This document shows positions 15,714-24,954 of a DNA stretch of 31,858 bases, in pieces. The stretch is from a virus (lineage: Duplodnaviria; Caudoviricetes), in the IMG/VR virus record IMGVR_UViG_3300012952_000069, positions 1 through 31,858 of that record. One strand, 5' to 3'. A model generated the notes under the pieces. That model made no database searches. It was not told the origin of the DNA and saw only the letters and a list, made by a program, of their open reading frames with translations. Every line of letters begins with the position of its first letter. Positions within the stretch are counted from its first letter, which is position 1. Position numbers and translations under genes: made by a program.

Positions 15714-18049
15714 CAGACAATGGAGATATTAAAGTCGTTAAAAGTGACGGCGCCCGTGTAGACATTGACCTAGACAAAATTCATATTATGGTATCCGCCG
15801 CCTGTAAAAATATTGCAGGTATTTCAGAATCACTAGTTGAAATGAATAGTGGTCTTCAATTTTATGACGGTATTACTACCAAGGACATACAGAGTATCCT
15901 TATCAAGTCAGCCTCTGATTTGATTTCTTTACAGAGTCCTAACTATCAATTTGTAGCAGCCAGACTTTTATTGTTTGCACTGCAAAAACAAGTATTTGGA
16001 ACCAAGTGGAAAGACGGTAAAGACATATATCCTAGACTCTATGATATGATTAATAAAAACATAGAGCAAGGTGTATATACAAAAGAGATTCTAAAACATT
16101 ATACAGAAGAAGAAATCGATACGTGCAATAGTTATATCAGACACCAAAGAGATTTTGATTTTACTTACGCAGGTTTACAACAGATAGTAGACAAGTATCT
16201 TGTACAAGATAGAAGTACAGGTGAACTCTATGAGACACCACAGTTTATGTACATGATGATTGCTATGACTTTATTCCAAAAGTATAATGGACACGGTGAA
16301 AAAAACAGATTGTGGTATGTAAAAAATTACTATGACGCAATCTCTACATTCAAGATTAATATCCCTACACCTATTATGGCGGGGGTAAGAACACCACTCA
16401 AACAATTTGCAAGTTGTGTATTGGTTGACAGTGACGATTCTCTTGATTCTATTTTCTCAAGTGATATGGCGATTGGAAAATACGTAGCACAACGTGCTGG
16501 TATTGGAATCAATGCAGGACGTATCAGAGGATTAGGTGCAAAGATTCGTGGTGGTGAAGTACAACACACAGGAGTTATACCATTCCTTAAGAAGTTTGAA
16601 TCTACAGTTCGTTGTTGTACACAAAACGGTGTAAGAGGTGGGAGTGCAACAGTACACTTTCCTATCTGGCACCAAGAGATTAACGATATTATTGTTCTCA
16701 AGAATAACAAGGGAACAGAAGACAATAGAGTTAGGAAACTAGACTACTCTATTCAAATGAGTGAACTCTTTTATCAGAGATTCCTCAAAAACGAGGACAT
16801 TACATTGTTCTCACCACACGTTGTAGAAGGTCTATATGACGCATTTGGAACGCCTGAGTTTGACGAATTGTACGAGAAGTATGAACGTGCAACTAGTATT
16901 CCAAAGACTAAGGTAAATGCTAGAGAATTGATAACAGATTTACTAAAAGAAAGAGCAGAGACTGGCAGAATCTATATCATGAATATAGACCACTGCAACA
17001 CACATAGTGCTTTCCTTGACAAAGTGAACATGAGTAATCTTTGTCAGGAAATCACTCTACCTACAAAACCTATACAATCTATTGACGATTATAAAGGTGA
17101 GATTGCATTGTGTATTTTAAGTGCAATCAATGTGGGTAAAGTTGCACTTGAAGAGATAGAACACTTATGTGACTTATCAGTCAGAGCACTTGACGAATTG
17201 ATTGACTATCAAGAATACCCTGTGAAAGCAGCTGAGATATCCACAATCAAGAGAAGAAGTCTTGGTATAGGATATATCGGTCTCGCACATTATCTTGCAA
17301 AGAACAAGGTAAAATATGGAAGTGAAGAATCTTTAAACTTAGTACACGAACTAACAGAAGAGTTTCAGTATTCACTAATCAAAGCCTCTGTGCAGGTTGC
17401 AAAAGAAAAGGGTAAGAATGATTGGCACCACAAAACTAAGTATGCAAAGGGTATATTACCCGTAGACACTTACAAGAAGGACGTGGACGACCTAGTCAAT
17501 ATAAAATACAAAAAGGACTGGGAGGCGCTACGTGGCGAAGTCCTAGAACATGGTATGAGACATTCTACACTTAGTGCACAAATGCCTAGTGAATCGTCTA
17601 GTGTTGTATCAAATGCGACAAATGGTATTGAACCACCTAGAGACCATTTATCAGTCAAGAAGAGTAAGAAGGGAACACTTAAACAGGTTGTACCTCAGTA
17701 TACACAACTCAAAAATTTCTATACATTGCTATGGGATATGAAAGATAATCTTGGATATATCAAAGTAGTTGCAGTCATGCAGAAGTTCTTTGACCAAGGT
17801 ATTAGTGGTAACTGGTCATACAATCCTGAGAACTATGAAAATGGTGAAGTTCCTGTGTCTGTCATGGCAAATGACTTACTCAACACTTATAAATATGGGT
17901 GGAAAACTTCTTACTACCATAATACTATGGACGGTAAGGAAGAAGACGTTGTTAAAGAAGAATTACCTTCCGCAGTAGATGACGCAGCTAATGTAATGAG
18001 TGGGCATGACCCATTCGATGAAGAGGATTGTGACGCTTGTGCCATATAA
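15710..18049 (+). CDS. nrdA: ribonucleotide reductase class Ia alpha subunit
   Basis: N-terminal ATP cone, FASCVL, SNLCQEI, LCILSA, KTSYY, C-terminal CDAC. Confidence 0.98.
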   Translation: MTDNGDIKVVKSDGARVDIDLDKIHIMVSAACKNIAGISESLVEMNSGLQFYDGITTKDIQSILIKSASDLISLQSPNYQFVAARLLLFALQKQVFGTKWKDGKDIYPRLYDMINKNIEQGVYTKEILKHYTEEEIDTCNSYIRHQRDFDFTYAGLQQIVDKYLVQDRSTGELYETPQFMYMMIAMTLFQKYNGHGEKNRLWYVKNYYDAISTFKINIPTPIMAGVRTPLKQFASCVLVDSDDSLDSIFSSDMAIGKYVAQRAGIGINAGRIRGLGAKIRGGEVQHTGVIPFLKKFESTVRCCTQNGVRGGSATVHFPIWHQEINDIIVLKNNKGTEDNRVRKLDYSIQMSELFYQRFLKNEDITLFSPHVVEGLYDAFGTPEFDELYEKYERATSIPKTKVNARELITDLLKERAETGRIYIMNIDHCNTHSAFLDKVNMSNLCQEITLPTKPIQSIDDYKGEIALCILSAINVGKVALEEIEHLCDLSVRALDELIDYQEYPVKAAEISTIKRRSLGIGYIGLAHYLAKNKVKYGSEESLNLVHELTEEFQYSLIKASVQVAKEKGKNDWHHKTKYAKGILPVDTYKKDVDDLVNIKYKKDWEALRGEVLEHGMRHSTLSAQMPSESSSVVSNATNGIEPPRDHLSVKKSKKGTLKQVVPQYTQLKNFYTLLWDMKDNLGYIKVVAVMQKFFDQGISGNWSYNPENYENGEVPVSVMANDLLNTYKYGWKTSYYHNTMDGKEEDVVKEELPSAVDDAANVMSGHDPFDEEDCDACAI

Positions 18050-18953
18050 AGTAACTTGGAAAGACGGCCCGAATTACGGGAAAGACGCAATCGGAGTTAT
18101 GAATGACGATACAGTCAATTTCATAAGAAACCGATATGTAGTCTTACGTAATGTTATACCAAAAGACATAATAGATTTTGCACTTAATACGTGGAAAACA
18201 GTCGAAGCATTTCCTGAAGCAAAGTCAGCCTTCTTAGAGGAAGAGTTAGAACCGATACCTAATAGTCCTAAATCTTCACACCATACTTCTAGAGGTGGAC
18301 ACACAACACCCATGGGAGTTGCAATGCATAGGTGGTTACATAAAGAACTAGGAAAAAGAATTAATATGGACTTACAAGAGACCTATTCTTTTGTTAGGAA
18401 ATATGAAAGAGGTGCGTATTTAAAGGCACATTCGGATAGACCTTCATGTGAAGTGAGTGCTACTATCTGTTTGGGGTATCAATCAGATGATAATAAACCA
18501 TGGAAAATATGGTTAGATAATACTAAGAATTGGGTAGACACACCTGATAATGTTTTTAAGTCAACTCAAGGTATTCCAATCAGAAGAAGAAAGAATGCCA
18601 TTTGCGTAGACCTAGAAGTTGGAGATTTACTCTTGTATCAGGGCCCAAATGTGGTACACTGGCGAGATACTTTTATAGGTGATTATTCATATCATATGTT
18701 TTTGCATTACTATAGTGATAGTACAAGTGCTATATCAGCTTATCGTGAGTTTAGAGACCAACCAACTGAGTACAGCACTTTCCATGACCAAGTGTTAAAA
18801 TATGACGGAAGAAGTAATCCATACGAACAAAAAACAAATGAAACAACAAGAGAAACTTATAACGAGTGGATGGAAGAATGGAATCATGAACCTAACAAAG
18901 CAAAATACGTAAACAATTACGACCACTTAGAATTTGAGAAGATAGAAGAATGA
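18018..18953 (+). CDS. 2OG-Fe(II) oxygenase family protein (start uncertain)
   Basis: YSFVRKY...LKAHSDRPSCEVSATICL...GDLLLYQG...HWR...FLHY: HxD...H triad. Confidence 0.85.
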   Translation: MKRIVTLVPYKVTWKDGPNYGKDAIGVMNDDTVNFIRNRYVVLRNVIPKDIIDFALNTWKTVEAFPEAKSAFLEEELEPIPNSPKSSHHTSRGGHTTPMGVAMHRWLHKELGKRINMDLQETYSFVRKYERGAYLKAHSDRPSCEVSATICLGYQSDDNKPWKIWLDNTKNWVDTPDNVFKSTQGIPIRRRKNAICVDLEVGDLLLYQGPNVVHWRDTFIGDYSYHMFLHYYSDSTSAISAYREFRDQPTEYSTFHDQVLKYDGRSNPYEQKTNETTRETYNEWMEEWNHEPNKAKYVNNYDHLEFEKIEE

Positions 18954-20047
18954 CAGTATTTAACAGGAACAAAGTAGACTTCACAAAGGAGAAGATATTC
19001 TTTGGTGAAGCCTTAAACACACAACGATTTGACGATTTCAAGTATCCTATATTTGATAAACTTACGCAGAAACAATTAGGATTCTTTTGGAGACCCGAAG
19101 AGGTATCTTTACAGAAAGATAGGAATGACTATGCCTCTTTGAATAAATCACAGAAACATATATTTACCTCTAATCTGAGGTATCAGACTTTGTTAGACTC
19201 AGTTCAGGGTAGGGCACCAGCATTATCGTTCTTACCATTCGTGACCCTTCCTGAACTTGAGTCTTGCATTATTACATGGGATTTCTTTGAGACTATCCAT
19301 AGTAGAAGTTATACTCACATTATTAAAAATGTGTACGCAGACCCTTCTGACGTTTTTGATACCATATTGGACGAAGATGCAATCATTAAAAGGGCTGATA
19401 TGGTCACAGAAAAATACGACCATTTTATAAATCTAGGACGTAAGAAGTTACTAGGTCAAAAGGTAGATGAATACGAATTATACAAAGCATTATATCTCGC
19501 ACTTATCAGTGTGAATATATTAGAGGGAATACGTTTCTTTGTATCCTTTGCGTGTTCCTTCGCTTTCGGTGAACTGAAAGTTATGGAAGGTAGTGCAAAG
19601 ATACTATCTCTTATCGCAAGAGACGAAGCACAACACCTTGCTGTATCACAACACATACTTAAATGTTATCAGAATCATGAGAAAGATAAAGTCATGAATA
19701 AAGTTATGAAAGATTGTGAGAAAGAAGTTTATTCAATGTATGAAGACGCAGTGAATCAAGAGAAAGAATGGGCAGAGTTTTTGTTTAAAGAAGGTTCTAT
19801 GATAGGACTATCTGTACCATTGTTAGGAAATTATGTTGAATACATTGCAAACAAAAGACTTAGAGCAATAGGTCTCAATGCAATATATGATATCTCTAGT
19901 GCAAATAACCCACTACCATGGACTAAACACTGGTTCAATAGTAGAGGACTACAGAATGCACCACAGGAGACTGAAATTGAATCTTATGTCATAGGTGGTA
20001 TCAAACAAGATATACAAGACGATACCTTCTCTGGCTTTAAATTATGA
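18950..20047 (+). CDS. nrdB: ribonucleotide reductase class Ia beta subunit
   Basis: FFWRPEE, LLDSVQGR, ETIHSRSY (radical Tyr), LEGIRF, RDEAQH, PQETEIESY. Confidence 0.98.
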   Translation: MTVFNRNKVDFTKEKIFFGEALNTQRFDDFKYPIFDKLTQKQLGFFWRPEEVSLQKDRNDYASLNKSQKHIFTSNLRYQTLLDSVQGRAPALSFLPFVTLPELESCIITWDFFETIHSRSYTHIIKNVYADPSDVFDTILDEDAIIKRADMVTEKYDHFINLGRKKLLGQKVDEYELYKALYLALISVNILEGIRFFVSFACSFAFGELKVMEGSAKILSLIARDEAQHLAVSQHILKCYQNHEKDKVMNKVMKDCEKEVYSMYEDAVNQEKEWAEFLFKEGSMIGLSVPLLGNYVEYIANKRLRAIGLNAIYDISSANNPLPWTKHWFNSRGLQNAPQETEIESYVIGGIKQDIQDDTFSGFKL

Positions 20048-20048
20048 T

Positions 20049-20612
20049 ATGAAACTGGAAAGCGATTTATATAAACTAATACCAAATGCCTTACCTATGA
20101 ATCTAAGGATTTCTTTATGGCAGGAATTACTTACGAAAGATTATAATATCGGTTGGCAAGATATACAAGGTACTGAAACGCCATTTTCAAAATCAGCATA
20201 CCTTGCTCATGTAGCAAGAAGAGAAGAACCTAGAGATAGATTTGGTAAAAATAGATTTGAACCTTTTGAAGAATTAGGTATCCCTAGTGAGTTCTGTCAA
20301 GAATATCATGATATCATGGGAGATAAACAGATTGATTATCTTGCAGTAAACTTAGTGTTTCAAGGTCAACAGTTTTGGCCTCATACACATAGAAAACAAA
20401 CTTCTTTAGTTTACTATGCAAATCTTGAGTGGCATAATAAATGGGGTGGTGAGACTATAATTTATGAAGATGACGGAGAGACTTTCCACGCCGCTGTACC
20501 ATATACGCCAGGAGCTTTGTTATGGATTGCGCCTGGAGCTACTCATGCAATAAGGTCACCAAGTGTAGAAGCACCAATGTATAGATTCACAATAGGAATG
20601 TTTTATGATTAA
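20049..20612 (+). CDS. 2OG-Fe(II) oxygenase family protein
   Basis: Start likely ATG 20049; PHTH, LVYYANLEW..KWGGET, HAIRSP, RFT. Confidence 0.8.
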   Translation: MKLESDLYKLIPNALPMNLRISLWQELLTKDYNIGWQDIQGTETPFSKSAYLAHVARREEPRDRFGKNRFEPFEELGIPSEFCQEYHDIMGDKQIDYLAVNLVFQGQQFWPHTHRKQTSLVYYANLEWHNKWGGETIIYEDDGETFHAAVPYTPGALLWIAPGATHAIRSPSVEAPMYRFTIGMFYD

Positions 20613-20859
20613 AATAATATTTACAATAATGATTACAATATATCTTGCAGGTTGTGTAAGTACAATCGAAACTCTTGACGGACTGTGCTTCAATGAGAAG
20701 GACGGTACATACGTATGTGAGAAGCCTGAGAGAAAAAGAAAACAACCTGAACAAGAGTGGGAAGAATTTAATGATATGCTTGAAGACGACAGTTGCACTG
20801 ATGAGATGAAAACTTATCATGGTCATTGTGTCGATTCAAAATATCGTAACATAGCATAG
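20605..20859 (+). CDS. small lipoprotein
   Basis: Signal peptide with LAGC lipobox; four further Cys residues. Confidence 0.7.
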   Translation: MIKIIFTIMITIYLAGCVSTIETLDGLCFNEKDGTYVCEKPERKRKQPEQEWEEFNDMLEDDSCTDEMKTYHGHCVDSKYRNIA

Positions 20860-20866
20860 GAGAAAA

Positions 20867-21310
20867 ATGAAAGAACTAGGAATGGTTATATTAGGTTGCA
20901 TAGTATTTACTGGATTTTTTTCAGGTGTAATCTATCCTAATTTAGAATACAAAGGTTATCCTTCTACACACCAATGCATTGGTGAGTGTTATGAAGAGTA
21001 TGTAAGAGTACACGGAACAACAGTAGAGATAGAACAACGCAAAAAAGAAGTCGCACAGTCAGACGAGTTCTCTTCAATCAGAAGTTTATGGGCTGGTTGT
21101 GCCGCCTGTCATGGTAATGACGGTGGTGGAATTGGTGCATTTCCTAAACTCGCAGGACAGTCAAAAGATTACATAATAAATAGATTGACTCAGTATAAGA
21201 ATGGAGAACAAGTTGGTGCTCAGTCAGCAGTTATGTGGGGACAGGCAGGAATGCTGTCAGAGAAAGATATAGAAACTATCGGTAAATTTATAGAGGTAGA
21301 ATTAAAATGA
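20867..21310 (+). CDS. membrane-anchored class I cytochrome c (c553/c4-like)
   Basis: AGGAG RBS; N-terminal TM; CAACH heme motif, PKLAGQ, axial Met (AVMWGQA), LSEKDIETI. Confidence 0.92.
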   Translation: MKELGMVILGCIVFTGFFSGVIYPNLEYKGYPSTHQCIGECYEEYVRVHGTTVEIEQRKKEVAQSDEFSSIRSLWAGCAACHGNDGGGIGAFPKLAGQSKDYIINRLTQYKNGEQVGAQSAVMWGQAGMLSEKDIETIGKFIEVELK

Positions 21311-21537
21311 TAGAGATATGGGGAAAAACACAGTGTCCATACTGTGACATGGCAAAAAGATTATGTGAAACTAACGGATATGAATTCATATATAAACAGT
21401 TAGGAGAAGACTTTCAGAGAGAAGACGTATTGGAACAATTTCCTGGCGCTCGAACCTTTCCACAAATTATAGTTAATGATGAAAATATCGGTGGATACAC
21501 CGAACTTGAGGGACTACATAAAGGTGGACAGTTATAA
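21307..21537 (+). CDS. nrdC: glutaredoxin (NrdC-like)
   Basis: CPYC, RTFPQI, IGGY. Confidence 0.93.
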   Translation: MIEIWGKTQCPYCDMAKRLCETNGYEFIYKQLGEDFQREDVLEQFPGARTFPQIIVNDENIGGYTELEGLHKGGQL

Positions 21538-21817
21538 ACTATATCTTCCTACCGAGAGGGAACAAGACGTATACTGCGATAGATACAGACATATGCTTGA
21601 TACCATAGATAGGGTAGAGAATGAAGTAAGGATTTACATATGCGGTTTAGATTTTACATACAAAGATATTGGGGAAACGCCTTTACCATTCGTGACATTG
21701 AATGGGAAGGTTAAATCTTACGAAAATCTTTGTAAACTTTTAGAACTACCACATTTAATCGACAAACCTAATTACCTAGTAAAAGAAGAGGGGACATATA
21801 ACAGTGAGTTTAACTAA
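21524..21817 (+). CDS. hypothetical protein, possibly degenerate thioredoxin/glutaredoxin fold
   Basis: Start likely GTG 21524; YC...PLPFVTLNG resembles the cis-Pro motif of glutaredoxins. Confidence 0.5.
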   Translation: MDSYKLYLPTEREQDVYCDRYRHMLDTIDRVENEVRIYICGLDFTYKDIGETPLPFVTLNGKVKSYENLCKLLELPHLIDKPNYLVKEEGTYNSEFN

Positions 21818-21953
21818 ACTTTTTTGTACAGATTGCCAATCAGAATGTGAAATATATTCTGAAATGGACGGACACCATTATCGAATACAACATTGCCCAT
21901 TCTGTGGTGCTGAGATTGACGAGGGACAACTTGAAGATATAGACGATGAGTAA
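21804..21953 (+). CDS. small zinc-ribbon/rubredoxin-like protein (49 aa, not in ORF track)
   Basis: GTG start after GAGGGG: MSLTKLFCTDCQSECEIYSEMDGHHYRIQHCPFCGAEIDEGQLEDIDDE, CxxC...CPFC. Confidence 0.75.
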   Translation: MSLTKLFCTDCQSECEIYSEMDGHHYRIQHCPFCGAEIDEGQLEDIDDE

Positions 21954-22635
21954 AAGAATAAACCTATTCAAAGGCCTGAAAGCACTTTATAAACTTTCAA
22001 AAAACAAAAGTGATAATGATTCATATATCAAAGTGAATGTTTATCTTAATGGTAATTGTATTGCACCAACAGTCGCAGAATGGAGTAAGACTTCTCACGG
22101 TAAAAGATATCTAAAAGGTGAACGACTACCATTAGATAAAAAATTCAAGAAAGGAACAGTTGGTTGGGTAAGACAACAGTTCATAGGAAAATATGATAAG
22201 GCAATCGACCTAGTAAATGCACCTGTGCCAAAAACTCCATACATGGCATACGTCAATTTCTTACAAGACACGCATGATATCTCACACATAATGTCTCAAT
22301 ATGGTCAAGAAGGACTAGGTGAACTTTGTAGAATAGAATTTGAGATATCACAATCATGGCAGAGAGGATTCCAATTAGTTTCATGGATGTTCCAACTAAA
22401 AGCACTTATGATAACTAAGAGTTGGAAACAATTTCAAGTAGTCAGAGGAATGATTAAAGAAGCACAACAACGTGCAAAAGACTCAGTTAATTTAGACATG
22501 ATAGACTGGTTCAAATATCTAGACGAACCATACGAATACGTTAGAGACTCAGTAGCATGTGTACCACCTTATAAACTATATTTTTCTAATCAAAAGTGGG
22601 ACGATTGGGCAGATAAACATTACGATGCAAAATGA
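21946..22635 (+). CDS. Coq4-like metal-binding protein
   Basis: HDISH-x11-E exactly fits the Coq4 HDxxH(x)11E motif; upstream KGTVG resembles the Coq4 GT[LV]G segment. Confidence 0.7.
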   Translation: MSKRINLFKGLKALYKLSKNKSDNDSYIKVNVYLNGNCIAPTVAEWSKTSHGKRYLKGERLPLDKKFKKGTVGWVRQQFIGKYDKAIDLVNAPVPKTPYMAYVNFLQDTHDISHIMSQYGQEGLGELCRIEFEISQSWQRGFQLVSWMFQLKALMITKSWKQFQVVRGMIKEAQQRAKDSVNLDMIDWFKYLDEPYEYVRDSVACVPPYKLYFSNQKWDDWADKHYDAK

Positions 22636-22811
22636 GATTATTAATATTAGAAAAAGATAAAGCACGCCTTTTACGTGATAGAAGTCCATTTGGTACTCCT
22701 AGGTGGGTTGTAGAAGAATGGGATAGAGGTAGGTGGAGAACTACAAAAGTTTACAGTAAAATATGGTATAAGAAAGATAAAGTGATTGAGTTAAATGAGG
22801 GTCTACAGTAG
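22632..22811 (+). CDS. small hypothetical protein (59 aa, not in ORF track)
   Basis: ATGA-coupled; MRLLILEKDKARLLRDRSPFGTPRWVVEEWDRGRWRTTKVYSKIWYKKDKVIELNEGLQ. Confidence 0.65.
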   Translation: MRLLILEKDKARLLRDRSPFGTPRWVVEEWDRGRWRTTKVYSKIWYKKDKVIELNEGLQ

Positions 22812-23124
22812 ATATAAAGCACTGAAAGAAAGTGCTTGTTACTACGCAAGAGAGTTAGGTATTCAGGATTCTCGGAAGATTCGTGTCCATATCTATCGTC
22901 TACCACACCCACACCCAAAACAAGGTTATATTGAGTATCCAATACACGGAAAACTAAGAGATATATCAATATATGTCAAATTAGACGATGAAAGGGAGAT
23001 AACCCTTGCACATGAAATGGTGCATGTCCGTCAAGTCCTTGCCAGGCAAGGGATAGACGAGGTTGAAGCAGAGAAAATAGGTCAGAAAATAGCGGAAAAG
23101 CGCTTGACAATGACCTTATTTTAA
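22795..23124 (+). CDS. small zincin-like metallopeptidase domain protein
   Basis: TLAHEMVHVRQ (HExxH) followed by EVEA. Confidence 0.75.
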   Translation: MRVYSRYKALKESACYYARELGIQDSRKIRVHIYRLPHPHPKQGYIEYPIHGKLRDISIYVKLDDEREITLAHEMVHVRQVLARQGIDEVEAEKIGQKIAEKRLTMTLF

Positions 23125-23133
23125 TGTTAGCCT
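23104..23133 (+). promoter_or_regulatory. sigma70-type early promoter
   Basis: Perfect TTGACA, 18 nt, extended -10 TGtTAGCCT; ATG 6 nt downstream. Confidence 0.65.
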
Positions 23134-23139
23134 ATACAC

Positions 23140-23694
23140 ATGATGGAAAAAGAAGTGAAATTAGAAACAATCTTTATTGACATGGACGGAGTCCTAGTTG
23201 ACTTCATTAAGGGTGTATCTGAAATGATAGGAAAACCCCTTACTGCTGACGCTAAAGGTCACACTGAATATGACGAAAGAAAACAAGAATTAACTGACAA
23301 AAGACTGTTCAGAAACTTACCACCAATGGTTGATTACCATGAGTTGATTGGGTATGTAAAACATACTGGATTACCTTGGGAGATTTTGACTGCTGCTGGT
23401 GCGGTGAACAGAAGAACTGTTGTCTATGATAAACAAGAGTGGATTAAACAGTGGGTTGACCCATTTGTTGTTACTACTTGTACTTACAGTGGTAGTCAGA
23501 AAGCCGCCTTTGCGATTGAAGGTGCAGTCTTGATTGATGACAGAGAAAAGAACATTGACGCTTGGGTTGAAGCGGGTGGTATCGGTATCTTACACACTAG
23601 TGCCGCTAATACTATCGAACAACTAAAAGCATTAAGAAACGGTGGTAATATCCTTGACTTCCAAAAGGAAGTTGCGGTTACTACTCACGTTTAA
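23140..23694 (+). CDS. HAD-family 5'(3')-deoxyribonucleotidase-like protein
   Basis: IFIDMDGVLVDF, ILTA, K, VLIDDREKN, WVEAGGIGI. Confidence 0.88.
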   Translation: MMEKEVKLETIFIDMDGVLVDFIKGVSEMIGKPLTADAKGHTEYDERKQELTDKRLFRNLPPMVDYHELIGYVKHTGLPWEILTAAGAVNRRTVVYDKQEWIKQWVDPFVVTTCTYSGSQKAAFAIEGAVLIDDREKNIDAWVEAGGIGILHTSAANTIEQLKALRNGGNILDFQKEVAVTTHV

Positions 23695-23850
23695 TTGGTG
23701 AGAGTGGTGTGTGGAACCTTCATTGCGAAGATGACTACAAGCACAAGAAGCAACAGAAAACCGCCCGTTGTATCACCAATAGTGGGTCTTGAACATTTGC
23801 GTCCGATTATACCACTTTAAAAACATAATCGAAATTGCGAGACAATTTTT
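23694..23850 (+). ncRNA. putative structured non-coding RNA
   Basis: Largest non-coding gap in the window; 8-bp closing stem 23694-701/23773-780, H-type pseudoknot 23781-23831, hairpin 23832-848. Confidence 0.45.
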
Positions 23851-23856
23851 CGGTGT

Positions 23857-23893
23857 GGGAGTTTAGTCTTTAAAGAAACTCCCCTATTTTTTT
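23857..23893 (+). terminator. rho-independent terminator
   Basis: GGGAGTTT/AAACTCCC stem followed by CTATTTTTTT. Confidence 0.8.
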
Positions 23894-23894
23894 A

Positions 23895-23902
23895 TATAAA
23901 TA
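23895..23902 (+). promoter_or_regulatory. late promoter TATAAATA, 4 nt before iscU ATG
   Basis: Exact consensus directly after the terminator. Confidence 0.75.
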
Positions 23903-23906
23903 AAAC

Positions 23907-24344
23907 ATGGCATATAGTAAAAAAGTAGTAGATAGATTCAATGACGTATTAGCGAATCCTGAGAAACATGCAGTAGGTAGGTTTGACCCTAAAGACCCTA
24001 ATGTAGCAACAGGACTTGTAGGTGCACCAGCATGTGGTGACGTTATGAAACTCGACCTAAAAATGAACGGAGATATCATAGAAGATGTCAAATTCAAAAC
24101 TTATGGATGCGGTTCTGCTATCGCATCATCAACCATGTTTGTTGAAATGCTCAAAGGTAGAACAATTGAACAAGCAAAACAAATTAAAGATAAAGATATT
24201 GCAGAGGCTCTTGAATTACCTGCAATCAAACTCCACTGTTCTGTCCTTGCAGAAGAAGGAATCCACAGAGCAATAGAAAACTGGGAAGAAAAACTTGCCC
24301 ATAGGAGACATAATTATGCAAACAGTGACGAAGGACTTTCCTAA
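23907..24344 (+). CDS. iscU: Fe-S cluster scaffold IscU
   Basis: MAYSKKV, GAPACGDVM, FKTYGCGSAIASS, LPAIKLHCSVLAE; all three Cys plus Asp and His present. Confidence 0.96.
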   Translation: MAYSKKVVDRFNDVLANPEKHAVGRFDPKDPNVATGLVGAPACGDVMKLDLKMNGDIIEDVKFKTYGCGSAIASSTMFVEMLKGRTIEQAKQIKDKDIAEALELPAIKLHCSVLAEEGIHRAIENWEEKLAHRRHNYANSDEGLS

Positions 24345-24945
24345 CGGAGAAGTAGTCGAGTTTAACGAAAATTTCATTATGCACGCCAAAGGATTCTTTG
24401 ACGATGGCACATGTGACGATTTAATTGATTATTTTCATGTTGCAAAAAAGCATGGTCAAACACAAGCACGTTATGAATACGACACGTCTAATACCTTTGT
24501 AAAGGCAGATAACGCCACTTCAAACTATCCTGATTTACCACCCACAGAAGAAGCTAGATTTGCAGGTATGAATCAAGGATTCTGTGAGCATATAGAAGAG
24601 AATCTTATACCAATGTATGCAGACCATTATTTCCAAGAACTAAATGGTAACGTTAAGATATGGGATTGTCCAAAGGTACAAAGAACACAGCCAGGCGAAG
24701 GATACCACATATGGCATTGCGAGACATTCGGTAGGGTTACACGTGATAGAGTATTAGCATATATGTTATATCTCAATGACGTTGACGAAGGTGGTGAAAC
24801 AGAATTCTTACACCAACATTGTAGATATAAACCAACAAAAGGTGATTTCCTGATATGGCCAGGATATTTTACTCATGCCCATCGTGGTAATCCACCTATT
24901 TCAGGGCATAAATACATTGCCACTGGTTGGATTGAGTGGTCATAG
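24316..24945 (+). CDS. 2OG-Fe(II) oxygenase (prolyl-hydroxylase-like)
   Basis: Start likely ATG 24316; GYHIWHCE, YLNDVDEGGETEF, HRGNPP, KYIATGW. Confidence 0.9.
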   Translation: MQTVTKDFPNGEVVEFNENFIMHAKGFFDDGTCDDLIDYFHVAKKHGQTQARYEYDTSNTFVKADNATSNYPDLPPTEEARFAGMNQGFCEHIEENLIPMYADHYFQELNGNVKIWDCPKVQRTQPGEGYHIWHCETFGRVTRDRVLAYMLYLNDVDEGGETEFLHQHCRYKPTKGDFLIWPGYFTHAHRGNPPISGHKYIATGWIEWS

Positions 24946-24954
24946 GAGAAACAT

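Noticed and set aside
18018-18953. Possible intron or homing endonuclease between nrdA and nrdB
   Set aside because: Both nrd genes are intact, and the insert has 2OG-oxygenase motifs rather than HNH/GIY-YIG motifs
23704-23820. 38-codon GTG ORF inside the structured gap
   Set aside because: No convincing RBS and atypical codons; the pairing pattern explains the region better, though coding is not excluded
23694-23850. tRNA, tmRNA, hammerhead, pistol or SAM-II/V assignment
   Set aside because: No T-loop/CCA cloverleaf and no CUGANGA core; only fragmentary resemblance to pistol or SAM-V
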